A DNA stretch of 64,000 nucleotides from a virus, in IMG/VR virus record IMGVR_UViG_3300044681_000098, positions 1-64,000 of that record. One strand, 5' to 3'. Below, piece by piece: positions 24,779-32,446 of the stretch. Position 1 is the stretch's first letter; the number at the start of each line of letters is the position of its first letter. The position numbers were made by a program, and so were the translations under genes. The notes beneath the pieces are model-generated. The model saw nothing but the letters and a program-made list of their open reading frames with translations, was not told the origin of the DNA and searched no databases.

Positions 24779-24914
24779 GAATCCTTGTGTTATAATTTTG
24801 TTGGATTATGATGCGGAAGATGGTATAATATATCGACTTCTCAACCTCAAACTTTAGATAATGTATGCTGCCATCCGCATACTAAATTATTTAGGCAAAC
24901 CGAACCTTCCAAAC

Positions 24915-24943
24915 TTGACATTTCAAGAATGACTAAATATAAT
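24915..24943 (+). promoter_or_regulatory. Consensus sigma70 promoter with an overlapping late-promoter motif
   Basis: TTGACA, 17 bp spacer, TATAAT; ACTAAATA at 24932-24939. Confidence 0.88.
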
Positions 24944-25015
24944 TACACTAGGGTTGAAAGATCCCTTAAAAACTTTCATTTCACACAACACTCATAACAC
25001 ACAAAGGAGCTTTAT

Positions 25016-25288
25016 ATGAGTAATATGACACCGTTCGAGATTCGCCTTGAACTACTAAAAATGGCGAAAGATATGCTAACTGAAGATTACTATGGTAAAC
25101 GTGAGATAGTTAGCCAAGACTGGCAGATGAAAGTCGAGTCAGCCAGACTTAATGGCGGAGCAATTCCTGACCATCCAGGCTACCCAGCGTATCCTACCGA
25201 AGCTGAGATCATCACAAAAGCTGCATCTCTCAACGGCTTCGTTTCTAACACCACTCAGGTCGCAGAAAAATCAACTAAGAAAGTTTAA
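25016..25288 (+). CDS. Conserved T4-like hypothetical protein (TPFEIRLELLKMAK family)
   Basis: SD AAGGAG; conserved N-term and YPTEAEII motif. Confidence 0.85.
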   Translation: MSNMTPFEIRLELLKMAKDMLTEDYYGKREIVSQDWQMKVESARLNGGAIPDHPGYPAYPTEAEIITKAASLNGFVSNTTQVAEKSTKKV

Positions 25289-25296
25289 TTCTTGGT

Positions 25297-25323
25297 GGGT
25301 GTGGGTTTCCCACACCCTTTTTT
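25297..25323 (+). terminator. Rho-independent terminator
   Basis: GGGTGTGGG-ttt-CCCACACCC followed by T6. Confidence 0.75.
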
Positions 25324-25338
25324 CAAAGGAGGTAACAA

Positions 25339-25908
25339 TTGTATATCCAACCAAAGAAACTAGGTTTGATTTTCACAATAGCTGTTATGCTCGCTGTCAC
25401 TTTCGCTTTCATGACAGCAAAAGCAAATAACTACGAAGTTAGTAATAAACCCATTGTTGTGGGGTTTGATAATTTAACAACAGAAGCACAAAGACAAGTC
25501 AAGTGCTTAGCAGATAACATATTTTTTGAATCTGCGTATGAGCCAATTCAAGGGCAAATTGGCGTAGCGATGGTAACTCTAAATAGAGTTGGACATCCTG
25601 AATTTGAGAGCAGCATTTGCGGAGTTGTTAAAGAACGACAAAGAAATGTCTGTCAGTTTTCTTGGTATTGCGAAGATAGGCAAAGAGAGAGATCTATAAC
25701 TATCCTTAGCAGTGACAACCAAGTGTATCGTAAGATCTTGGAACTTGCGGTTTATGTTTATGTGAATCATGAACATATCGTAGATCCAACGAATGGTGCT
25801 TTGTTTTACCATGCGGATTATGTTCGCCCTAATTGGCGTGGAGTGGTAAAGACTACACAAATAGGTAGGCACATTTTTTATATCCACCCAAAACTACAAG
25901 GGGTTTAA
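25339..25908 (+). CDS. SleB / Hydrolase_2 cell wall hydrolase
   Basis: CLADNIFFES, VTLNRV, ICGVV, CQFSWYC, GALFYHADYV, IGRHIFY; N-term TM. Confidence 0.88.
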   Translation: MYIQPKKLGLIFTIAVMLAVTFAFMTAKANNYEVSNKPIVVGFDNLTTEAQRQVKCLADNIFFESAYEPIQGQIGVAMVTLNRVGHPEFESSICGVVKERQRNVCQFSWYCEDRQRERSITILSSDNQVYRKILELAVYVYVNHEHIVDPTNGALFYHADYVRPNWRGVVKTTQIGRHIFYIHPKLQGV

Positions 25909-25911
25909 CTA

Positions 25912-26481
25912 ATGCTTTCTAAATTAAATTTGGATTTGTTGTTTGGTAAAGATGACTCGGATCAGAATCATTCTTTTTATTTACTTATGGAGGAAGTCTC
26001 GCATTCTTCGATTAAACCACTTATTGAATGGGTGATGGAAGCGAACTTTTCAGAGAAACGTCCAGATTTACTTAATCTAATGATCTGTTCTCCAGGTGGA
26101 GAACTCTCTTCTGCGTTTGCACTGATTGATGTGATGCGTGGTTCAGCAGTTCCAATCCGTACTATCGGTTTGGGGCAGATTGCTTCAGCAGGATTGTTAA
26201 TCTTTATTGCTGGTAGCGAAGGACAAAGAATCTTGACACCGAACACATCAATTCTATCTCATCAGTATACATGGGGTTCGTTTGGTAAAGAACATGAGTT
26301 GATGGCAGTCGCAAAAGAGTATGACTTAACCACCAAAAGGTTAATCGCTCACTATAAAAAGTGCACTGGTCTTAAAGAAGATCAGATTAGAAAGTTTTTA
26401 TTACCACCACAAGACGTTTGGCTTGACTCAGCTGAAGCCAAGAAACTTAACCTATGTGACACCGTAAAGGATCTGAAATAA
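25912..26481 (+). CDS. clpP: ClpP-like protease subunit
   Basis: ICSPGG, GQIASAG (Ser), ILSHQY (His), QDVWLDSAEA (Asp). Confidence 0.88.
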   Translation: MLSKLNLDLLFGKDDSDQNHSFYLLMEEVSHSSIKPLIEWVMEANFSEKRPDLLNLMICSPGGELSSAFALIDVMRGSAVPIRTIGLGQIASAGLLIFIAGSEGQRILTPNTSILSHQYTWGSFGKEHELMAVAKEYDLTTKRLIAHYKKCTGLKEDQIRKFLLPPQDVWLDSAEAKKLNLCDTVKDLK

Positions 26482-26750
26482 TGGAAAACAAGGGGAAACT
26501 AATGAGAGACATATCAGTAATCATAGCAGTTGTTCTTCTCGCTGCTATCTTTTCAATCTCGTATGTTGAGTATAATAGAAGTATTTTGATGTCCACAAAC
26601 ATTCAGAATGCGATAGACAAAGGAATTGACCCACTTGCGGTTCGTTGTTCCTACTCAGCTAAAGAAGATGTGGTCTGCGCTTTGTATGCAGGCACTCAGA
26701 GGACGTCAGTAGACGCACCGAAGGTCGAACTTAAGACTACTAAGAGGTAA
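26481..26750 (+). CDS. Hypothetical membrane-anchored protein
   Basis: N-term TM; KGIDPLAVRCSY. Confidence 0.7.
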   Translation: MENKGKLMRDISVIIAVVLLAAIFSISYVEYNRSILMSTNIQNAIDKGIDPLAVRCSYSAKEDVVCALYAGTQRTSVDAPKVELKTTKR

Positions 26751-26801
26751 AACCACCTTCCGAGGCTGAAATTAAGGCTAAATTAAGGCTGCCCTGCCCC
26801 T

Positions 26802-26828
26802 AAAACCCCACTTTTTGTGGGGTTTTTT
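26802..26828 (+). terminator. Stem-loop terminator / cassette hairpin
   Basis: AAAACCCCAC-ttttt-GTGGGGTTTTTT. Confidence 0.75.
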
Positions 26829-26829
26829 G

Positions 26830-26842
26830 TAAGTTGTTGATT
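26830..26842. promoter_or_regulatory. IHF consensus site
   Basis: TAAGTTGTTGATT; 22-bp identity with 8070-8091. Confidence 0.6.
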
Positions 26843-26861
26843 TTACAGGGGAAAAATCTTC

Positions 26862-26890
26862 AAAAAAAGTGAAAAAAAGTGAAAAAAGTG
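26862..26890. repeat. Three phased A-tract repeats (A6-7GTG)
   Basis: AAAAAAAGTG AAAAAAAGTG AAAAAAGTG directly upstream of the -35. Confidence 0.8.
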
Positions 26891-26891
26891 C

Positions 26892-26920
26892 TTGACTTTT
26901 ATTCCGAGATGGGCTAAAAT
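26892..26920 (+). promoter_or_regulatory. Early sigma70-type promoter
   Basis: TTGACT, 17 bp spacer, TAAAAT. Confidence 0.85.
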
Positions 26921-26950
26921 AGCTGTATCAAAGTCGAAAAGGAGCCAAAA

Positions 26951-27331
26951 ATGTCGGATTTTAGGTCTTGGGAGGAACTTTCCCTGCTAGAACAGATGCA
27001 GTGCCAGTTTTGGGATATGTATAAGGATGCCCACGGCATTCGCCCACGTGGTATCGACACTTCCAGCTGGACCGAGGAAGACTTCCGCACGGAATTTGAG
27101 TATCTTGGCAAAGTCATCGACGCTAACTTCGAGGAAGAGAAGCGTCAACAGGCAGAAGCCATCGTTCGGTTCGAAGATCGTGTGGCGAACTTGATGCATG
27201 CCAACACAAATCGTGAGCGTGTCATCGCTTGGTTGATGGATGCTGAGGGTGCTGATGGCGATCCTGAGTATATGTGCTACCTGTGTGGTCTTCCGTATGG
27301 GTATTTCAACAAAGAATTGCAAAATGCTTGA
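26951..27331 (+). CDS. Hypothetical early protein
   Basis: WDMYKDAHGIRPR...GLPYGYF; recurrent family. Confidence 0.8.
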   Translation: MSDFRSWEELSLLEQMQCQFWDMYKDAHGIRPRGIDTSSWTEEDFRTEFEYLGKVIDANFEEEKRQQAEAIVRFEDRVANLMHANTNRERVIAWLMDAEGADGDPEYMCYLCGLPYGYFNKELQNA

Positions 27332-27356
27332 CTTTTAATCAGACTTATGGTATAAT
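27328..27356 (+). promoter_or_regulatory. Early sigma70-type promoter
   Basis: TTGACT, 17 bp spacer, TATAAT with extended -10 TG; the next ATG is near +1 (possibly leaderless). Confidence 0.85.
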
Positions 27357-27362
27357 TGAATC

Positions 27363-27713
27363 ATGATGATACTTCACACATCGTTCAAAAAGACTAAACC
27401 TAAGAAAAAGCCAGGATGGCAACAAGCACAGGCTGAGCACGATGCTTGGCTGAAGAAGCATGGCGTTCATCCTGACCAAAAGAAGGCTAAGAAAGTCGCC
27501 AATGAGGTTTACGTACCACCGAAGACCACCTATCGCAGAGAGACCGAGAAGTATCCTAGCCTTCCCTTCTCTGGTGCGCCATGCACAAAACCTGCTGAGA
27601 AAGTTTATACTGGCACACTCATCAAAGGTATCGGAACTATGCACAAGTCAAATGCTGTTCCAATCTTCTCTGATGAGCAAGCTATTGACATCGCAACCAT
27701 GAGGAGAAACTAA
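27363..27713 (+). CDS. Conserved basic hypothetical protein
   Basis: YTGTLIKGIGTMHKSNAVP motif. Confidence 0.8.
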   Translation: MMILHTSFKKTKPKKKPGWQQAQAEHDAWLKKHGVHPDQKKAKKVANEVYVPPKTTYRRETEKYPSLPFSGAPCTKPAEKVYTGTLIKGIGTMHKSNAVPIFSDEQAIDIATMRRN

Positions 27714-27714
27714 A

Positions 27715-27870
27715 GTGAAAATTGAAATTCGTGAGGCTAAAAATGGCTTCGTATTATTTGTGACAAATGAGGTTGATGGTGAGTTTATTGAAGAGGAACA
27801 TGTCTTCACTAGATTCAGCCAAGTCGTGAAATACCTTCGTGAGAACTTTGCATCCAACAAAGGAGAATGA
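27715..27870 (+). CDS. Hypothetical protein (51 aa, not in track)
   Basis: SD GAGGAG, GTG start; KIEIREAKNGFVLFV. Confidence 0.65.
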   Translation: MKIEIREAKNGFVLFVTNEVDGEFIEEEHVFTRFSQVVKYLRENFASNKGE

Positions 27871-28148
27871 TGATGCGTCAAGCAATTGAATCCCAGACCC
27901 TGAACTTTGCAGTTATGCGTGACCTAGTCGGTCTCGAGAAGTTACTCAAGGATCTGACAATGCAGCGTAAGAAACTTGATGCTTGGTTCGACAAGTATCT
28001 CGACAAGTTTGATCGCCAAATGGATCCAGCTGACCCTAAGACTGCAGTATGGGTATTATACAACAAGAAATTTTCCGAGTATGAGGAACTGAAGGGTTGT
28101 ATCACTACAGTGACTTACTACCGAGACAAGGTTAAGAAGAATGTTTGA
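27867..28148 (+). CDS. Hypothetical protein
   Basis: SD AAGGAG; coupled ORF. Confidence 0.7.
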   Translation: MMMRQAIESQTLNFAVMRDLVGLEKLLKDLTMQRKKLDAWFDKYLDKFDRQMDPADPKTAVWVLYNKKFSEYEELKGCITTVTYYRDKVKKNV

Positions 28149-28359
28149 AGATTCGAACTCTTTCTCGACTTACATCGAGAAGAAGGTGCGTGAGGGTAAA
28201 GGTCTTACGCACCTTGATGCCGTCCTAACATATTGCAAGGAGAACTTCATCGATCCTGAAGAAATGAAGAAACTCATAAATAAATCTCTAAGGGAAAAGA
28301 TTGAACTCGACTTTCAAAATGAAGGATACCTTCCAAAGAATGCGACACTAGACTTATGA
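28141..28359 (+). CDS. 33: Late transcription coactivator gp33
   Basis: FSTYIEKKV...HLDAVLTYCKENFIDPE...LINKSLREKIE; synteny with 59 and 32. Confidence 0.85.
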   Translation: MFEDSNSFSTYIEKKVREGKGLTHLDAVLTYCKENFIDPEEMKKLINKSLREKIELDFQNEGYLPKNATLDL

Positions 28360-28360
28360 T

Positions 28361-28966
28361 ATGGATGGGTTCAAAGCGTATAAGTATTACATGGCAACTA
28401 AGTTGCATTTTACCACTGACAAGTTTGATGTTTTTACCAATAGGAATGTAAAGGGAACTCGTGATGCGTATAACAATCGAAACGATCGTTACTTATTTGA
28501 GAAACTTGCAAGAAAGTTTTCTTCAGACCATGATCTCATTCAGTATTATGTGGCAAACATGGCTTACGGAAACATCGGCGTTATTTATAGTGATCTTGAT
28601 GCAGAAGATAATCTACTCACTTGGGTAAAACGTAAACAGTCTATCACTAAAGTCTTTTCAGACGACTTATCAAAGATAGTATTTCATCTAGAGACGAATA
28701 AAAAGTCCCAGTCAGAACTATTCACTTTTGATCATGACAATTTCCCAGAATTACTCAAGATGTTTCTTGGAGACCATGTTACTTTGGAAACGATGGTCAT
28801 CTTGGATCACTACACACAATACCTACCTGAATGGAAGAAGTTTACAAACTTGCTTTGGGAGGAAGAATGTCGTAGAATAGTTAAATCAAAGGGATTCGTT
28901 AAGTTTGACGAATCAAGAACAACCTCAGTTTACCAACATTTTTTACAGGAACTTCAAGAGTTATAA
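28361..28966 (+). CDS. 59: Helicase loader gp59
   Basis: AYKYYMATKLHFT...RNDRYLFEKLA...LETMVIL. Confidence 0.88.
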   Translation: MDGFKAYKYYMATKLHFTTDKFDVFTNRNVKGTRDAYNNRNDRYLFEKLARKFSSDHDLIQYYVANMAYGNIGVIYSDLDAEDNLLTWVKRKQSITKVFSDDLSKIVFHLETNKKSQSELFTFDHDNFPELLKMFLGDHVTLETMVILDHYTQYLPEWKKFTNLLWEEECRRIVKSKGFVKFDESRTTSVYQHFLQELQEL

Positions 28967-28967
28967 A

Positions 28968-29159
28968 ATGGGACGAACATATAGGCGAGAGAAGAACGAA
29001 TACGAAGATAACTTCTACTCGAAAAAAAGTAAGAACTCTGCCAAGAAGCAGAAAAAAGAATTTATTGCTCGTGGTATGAGAGCACTAAATAATGATACCG
29101 AGGATTCTTTTATTGAATCTGAGGTATACAAAAACCATACTAAACGTAATATACATTAA
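28968..29159 (+). CDS. Small basic hypothetical protein
   Basis: MGRTYRREK. Confidence 0.55.
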   Translation: MGRTYRREKNEYEDNFYSKKSKNSAKKQKKEFIARGMRALNNDTEDSFIESEVYKNHTKRNIH

Positions 29160-29182
29160 ACATACGACAAAGGAAAACATAC

Positions 29183-30115
29183 ATGGATATCACAGCCCTT
29201 CGCAAAATGCGCAATAACGACTTCTCTAAAATCACTGGTGAGTTTGAGAAGATCGCTAACCCTTCTACAGAAACTAAGTCTTACAAAGACGATCGTGTCT
29301 GGAAACTTGAGCCAGATAAAGCAGGTAACGCTACTGCAGTTATTCGCTTTCTTCCTCGCTCAGAGGGTGACGAACTCCCATGGGTTCGTATCTTTAACCA
29401 CTCATTCCAAGGTCCAACTGGTAAGTGGTATATTGAAAACTCTCTAACAACCCTCAACGAAAAAGATCCTGTCGGTGAACTGAATTCACGTTTGTGGAAT
29501 TCTGGTTCGGAAGCCAACAAGGAAATTGCTCGTAAGCAAAAGCGTAAACTTACCTACATTGCTAACGTGCTTATCGTTTCTGATCCTAAGCATCCAGAAA
29601 ACGAAGGTAAGGTTATGTTGTTTAAGTTTGGTAAGAAAATCTTTGATAAGATTATGGACAAGGCTCGTCCTACTTTCGAAGATGAGAAACCAGTCAACGT
29701 ATTTGACTTGTGGGAAGGTGCAGACTTCAAACTGCGTATGCGTAAAGTAGATGGTTATGCCAACTACGACCAATCTCAGTTTATGGAACCATCTGCTCTT
29801 TTTGATGGTGATGAGGAAAAACTACTTGAGGTAGTTAGCAAGCAATACAAACTCTCAGAGTTTCTTGATGCTAAGAACTTCAAGTCTTTCGATGAACTTG
29901 CTAAGAAGCTAGCAGATGTGTTGGATGAAACTGCACCAACTCGTAAGGCTGCTGCGGAGATGGAAGATCAAGATGATTACACTCCACCTGCAAAGTTCAA
30001 AGCAGTTGAGTCAAAGCCAATTGCTTCGAAACCTGAACCTGCAATGGCATCAGCATCGTCAGAAGATGATGAGGATATGATGTCATACTTCCAAAAGATT
30101 GCCAACGAAAAGTAA
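29183..30115 (+). CDS. 32: Single-stranded DNA-binding protein gp32
   Basis: DDRVWK, AVIRFLP, WYIENSLTT, FGKKIFDK, NYDQS, acidic tail. Confidence 0.96.
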   Translation: MDITALRKMRNNDFSKITGEFEKIANPSTETKSYKDDRVWKLEPDKAGNATAVIRFLPRSEGDELPWVRIFNHSFQGPTGKWYIENSLTTLNEKDPVGELNSRLWNSGSEANKEIARKQKRKLTYIANVLIVSDPKHPENEGKVMLFKFGKKIFDKIMDKARPTFEDEKPVNVFDLWEGADFKLRMRKVDGYANYDQSQFMEPSALFDGDEEKLLEVVSKQYKLSEFLDAKNFKSFDELAKKLADVLDETAPTRKAAAEMEDQDDYTPPAKFKAVESKPIASKPEPAMASASSEDDEDMMSYFQKIANEK

Positions 30116-30135
30116 TCTTAGGATATACCAAAAAG

Positions 30136-30159
30136 AAAGGGAGCGAAAGCTCCCTTTTT
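30136..30159. terminator. Bidirectional terminator between convergent genes
   Basis: AAAGGGAGC-GAAA-GCTCCCTTTTT. Confidence 0.9.
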
Positions 30160-30163
30160 CATT

Positions 30164-32269
30164 TTAACCAACTGCCCTAGTTCGTAAGTAGTTGTTCATA
30201 GTTCCATCAGGATTTCTTGGACTTGCTGCAGGCGCATATGTGTTAGTCACTTTGGTGTTGTTAGTGGTTGGCGCATTCACTACTGTTTGTTGTGATACTT
30301 GCGCTTGCCCACCTCTAGCAACATCCTTTGAAGCAGAGTCAACAGCAGCTGCCTTTTGAGGATACCCTTGTGCTTCAACTCCCCTAGATTTCTCTGAACG
30401 CAACCTCATCATTGCTGCTTTTCTGTCTTCACGATTTGGAACTTTTCTACCAAACTTCTGCGCTTCTTCCATTGCGTATTTCGTTAGGACTCCTTTATCC
30501 TTCTCAACATCCACTGCTGACTTTGATAATATTGGACTCTCAGAAGGGGGAACTTTTTCAACTTGAGGTGATCCTGCAGGGGATGCTCTTGACGCCAATC
30601 GTTTAGTTTCTGCATCACTCTGGTTTGCTGGATCATATACTACAGATCTATTTGGGGCAGCAGCTGGTGCATTTGACCCTGCAGGGGGAACTGGTGCACC
30701 AGAAGTGTCACCACCTGAAGTTTGGACCTCAGCCTTTTGATCTGGTCTGAATGGATACCATGGTCCAATACCAATCTGTTTACCGAATGCTTCAAATCCA
30801 ATTGCTGGAATTTCAAAATCTTTGAACCAACCAAGAACTGAGTCTGAAAGATTCTTAACGAAGTCTGTTAGTGGCTTAAAGAATTCAGCGATTGGGTTTA
30901 AGATGTATTCATCAACCAAATTAAACACCGTGTCGAATGCGCTCTTTATCGGCTCCATAACATAGTCTTTGAATATGTCGCCCATAAAACTAAAGAAGTC
31001 AGCGATAGGTTCAATAATGTAGTCATTAACGAATCCGCTAACCCAATCAACTAATGCTTGAACCTGTTCTTTGCCAATCAAGCCAAAGGTTAAGAATTCC
31101 AAAATACCACCTAAGCCAGCAATCAATGCCTTGCCTATATCTCCGCTTTCGGAGAACTCTTTGAAACCAGCGAACAGACCACTAGCAAGTGAACCGATGA
31201 TCGCAGCAATTGGTAATACTTTAGTGATGAACTTTAGAATGGTTGCTGGGTTCAATAAGAATCTAGCTGCGCTAATTAGTCCACGACCAATAACTGAACC
31301 AAGACTCATCAAACCACTAACAACGAACTTACCAATACCCATAATTCCACGACCGATTGACATTACCATCCTGCCAACCCAACCGAGTGCTCTCTTGGTT
31401 AGGAAGTCAGATATCTTATCTAACAACCCACCCTTTTCTTCCTTCTCTTCTTCTTTCTTTCCACCAGCTGGTCTGGTGTTTTCTTCAATCTTTGCCAATA
31501 GTGCAGTTTGCTCATCCATCTTTCTAGCATTCTCTACTTCTTCTTCGCTAGTAGTGATTGAGTCTGCTAATTCTTCTGATCGTTTAGCTTCAAATACCTT
31601 CTTGCCTGCATCACCTTTGGAATCTTTACCACCAGTTATAATGTTTCTGAATCTAGGATCAACTTTAGCTAAACCTGCTTCTAGTTCTGCTTTCTTTTTC
31701 ATCTCAGGGCTGCGCTTGATCTGATCGTCAGTCAGCCCCATTGCTCTCATTCTTTCAATTTCTTTTTCATTCTTTTGGATCTTGATAATCTCTTTGTTAG
31801 ACTTCTCAAATCTCTCTTTGAATACTTCTTTAGCCTTGTCCTTACCCAACAGGTTAACTGATGGGTCAGTTTTCATCATCGTCTTAACATAATCTTGTTT
31901 AGCTTCTCTCTTCTCGAGAGTCTTGTCTATAATTCCACCTTTGCCACGTTCAACTATGCCAGTCTTATCAAGAAACCCTCTAAGAGTGAAGAAGTCTTTG
32001 AATGCATCAATCTTTTCTCCAATGGCACCTCTGCCACCAACAAATCCCTGCATAGCCTTTGCTTTATCTGAGATACCACCAAGCTGATTGCTCTTCTTGA
32101 TTGTTTCTGCCAGCTTTACGATGTTCATGTTCAACATCTGCTGGGTCGTCAGCGTCTTTTGGGATAACTCGTTTGACTTTTTAACCTGTTCGTCAACCTT
32201 TTTGGATGTGTCATCACCCTCTGTCTTTTGACGATAATCAGCAAGTCTTATGATAGCAGCTTTAGCCAT
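30164..32269 (-). CDS. Tape measure / baseplate hub (gp29-like)
   Basis: Charged helical N-half, hydrophobic Gly/Ala region, aromatic-periodic repeats; follows gp26/gp51. Confidence 0.6.
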   Translation of the reverse strand: MAKAAIIRLADYRQKTEGDDTSKKVDEQVKKSNELSQKTLTTQQMLNMNIVKLAETIKKSNQLGGISDKAKAMQGFVGGRGAIGEKIDAFKDFFTLRGFLDKTGIVERGKGGIIDKTLEKREAKQDYVKTMMKTDPSVNLLGKDKAKEVFKERFEKSNKEIIKIQKNEKEIERMRAMGLTDDQIKRSPEMKKKAELEAGLAKVDPRFRNIITGGKDSKGDAGKKVFEAKRSEELADSITTSEEEVENARKMDEQTALLAKIEENTRPAGGKKEEEKEEKGGLLDKISDFLTKRALGWVGRMVMSIGRGIMGIGKFVVSGLMSLGSVIGRGLISAARFLLNPATILKFITKVLPIAAIIGSLASGLFAGFKEFSESGDIGKALIAGLGGILEFLTFGLIGKEQVQALVDWVSGFVNDYIIEPIADFFSFMGDIFKDYVMEPIKSAFDTVFNLVDEYILNPIAEFFKPLTDFVKNLSDSVLGWFKDFEIPAIGFEAFGKQIGIGPWYPFRPDQKAEVQTSGGDTSGAPVPPAGSNAPAAAPNRSVVYDPANQSDAETKRLASRASPAGSPQVEKVPPSESPILSKSAVDVEKDKGVLTKYAMEEAQKFGRKVPNREDRKAAMMRLRSEKSRGVEAQGYPQKAAAVDSASKDVARGGQAQVSQQTVVNAPTTNNTKVTNTYAPAASPRNPDGTMNNYLRTRAVG

Positions 32270-32408
32270 TTCTTTGTGCCTGTTGTCTAAGTTTTTCTTC
32301 TTCTAAAAATTGTAATAATAAAGACACATATACTTCACGCTCAAATGGAACCATATCTTCTAGTTCTGATAAACTATATTTATGATATTGCATTAAGGCG
32401 AAGTTCAT
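32262..32408 (-). CDS. 51: gp51-like baseplate hub assembly protein (not in track; probably reached by frameshift)
   Basis: MNFALMQYHKYSLSELEDMVPFEREVYVSLL...; the frame is open upstream through the gp26 stop. Confidence 0.8.
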   Translation of the reverse strand: MNFALMQYHKYSLSELEDMVPFEREVYVSLLLQFLEEEKLRQQAQRNG

Positions 32409-32446
32409 TTTGTAGTAGTTGTGGAGCGATTCGTGGCAAAGGTTTA

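Noticed and set aside
24950-24978. preQ1-I riboswitch
   Set aside because: Similar compact pseudoknot with an A-rich loop, but the preQ1 loop consensus is not evident and no queuosine genes follow; kept only as an unassigned pseudoknot.
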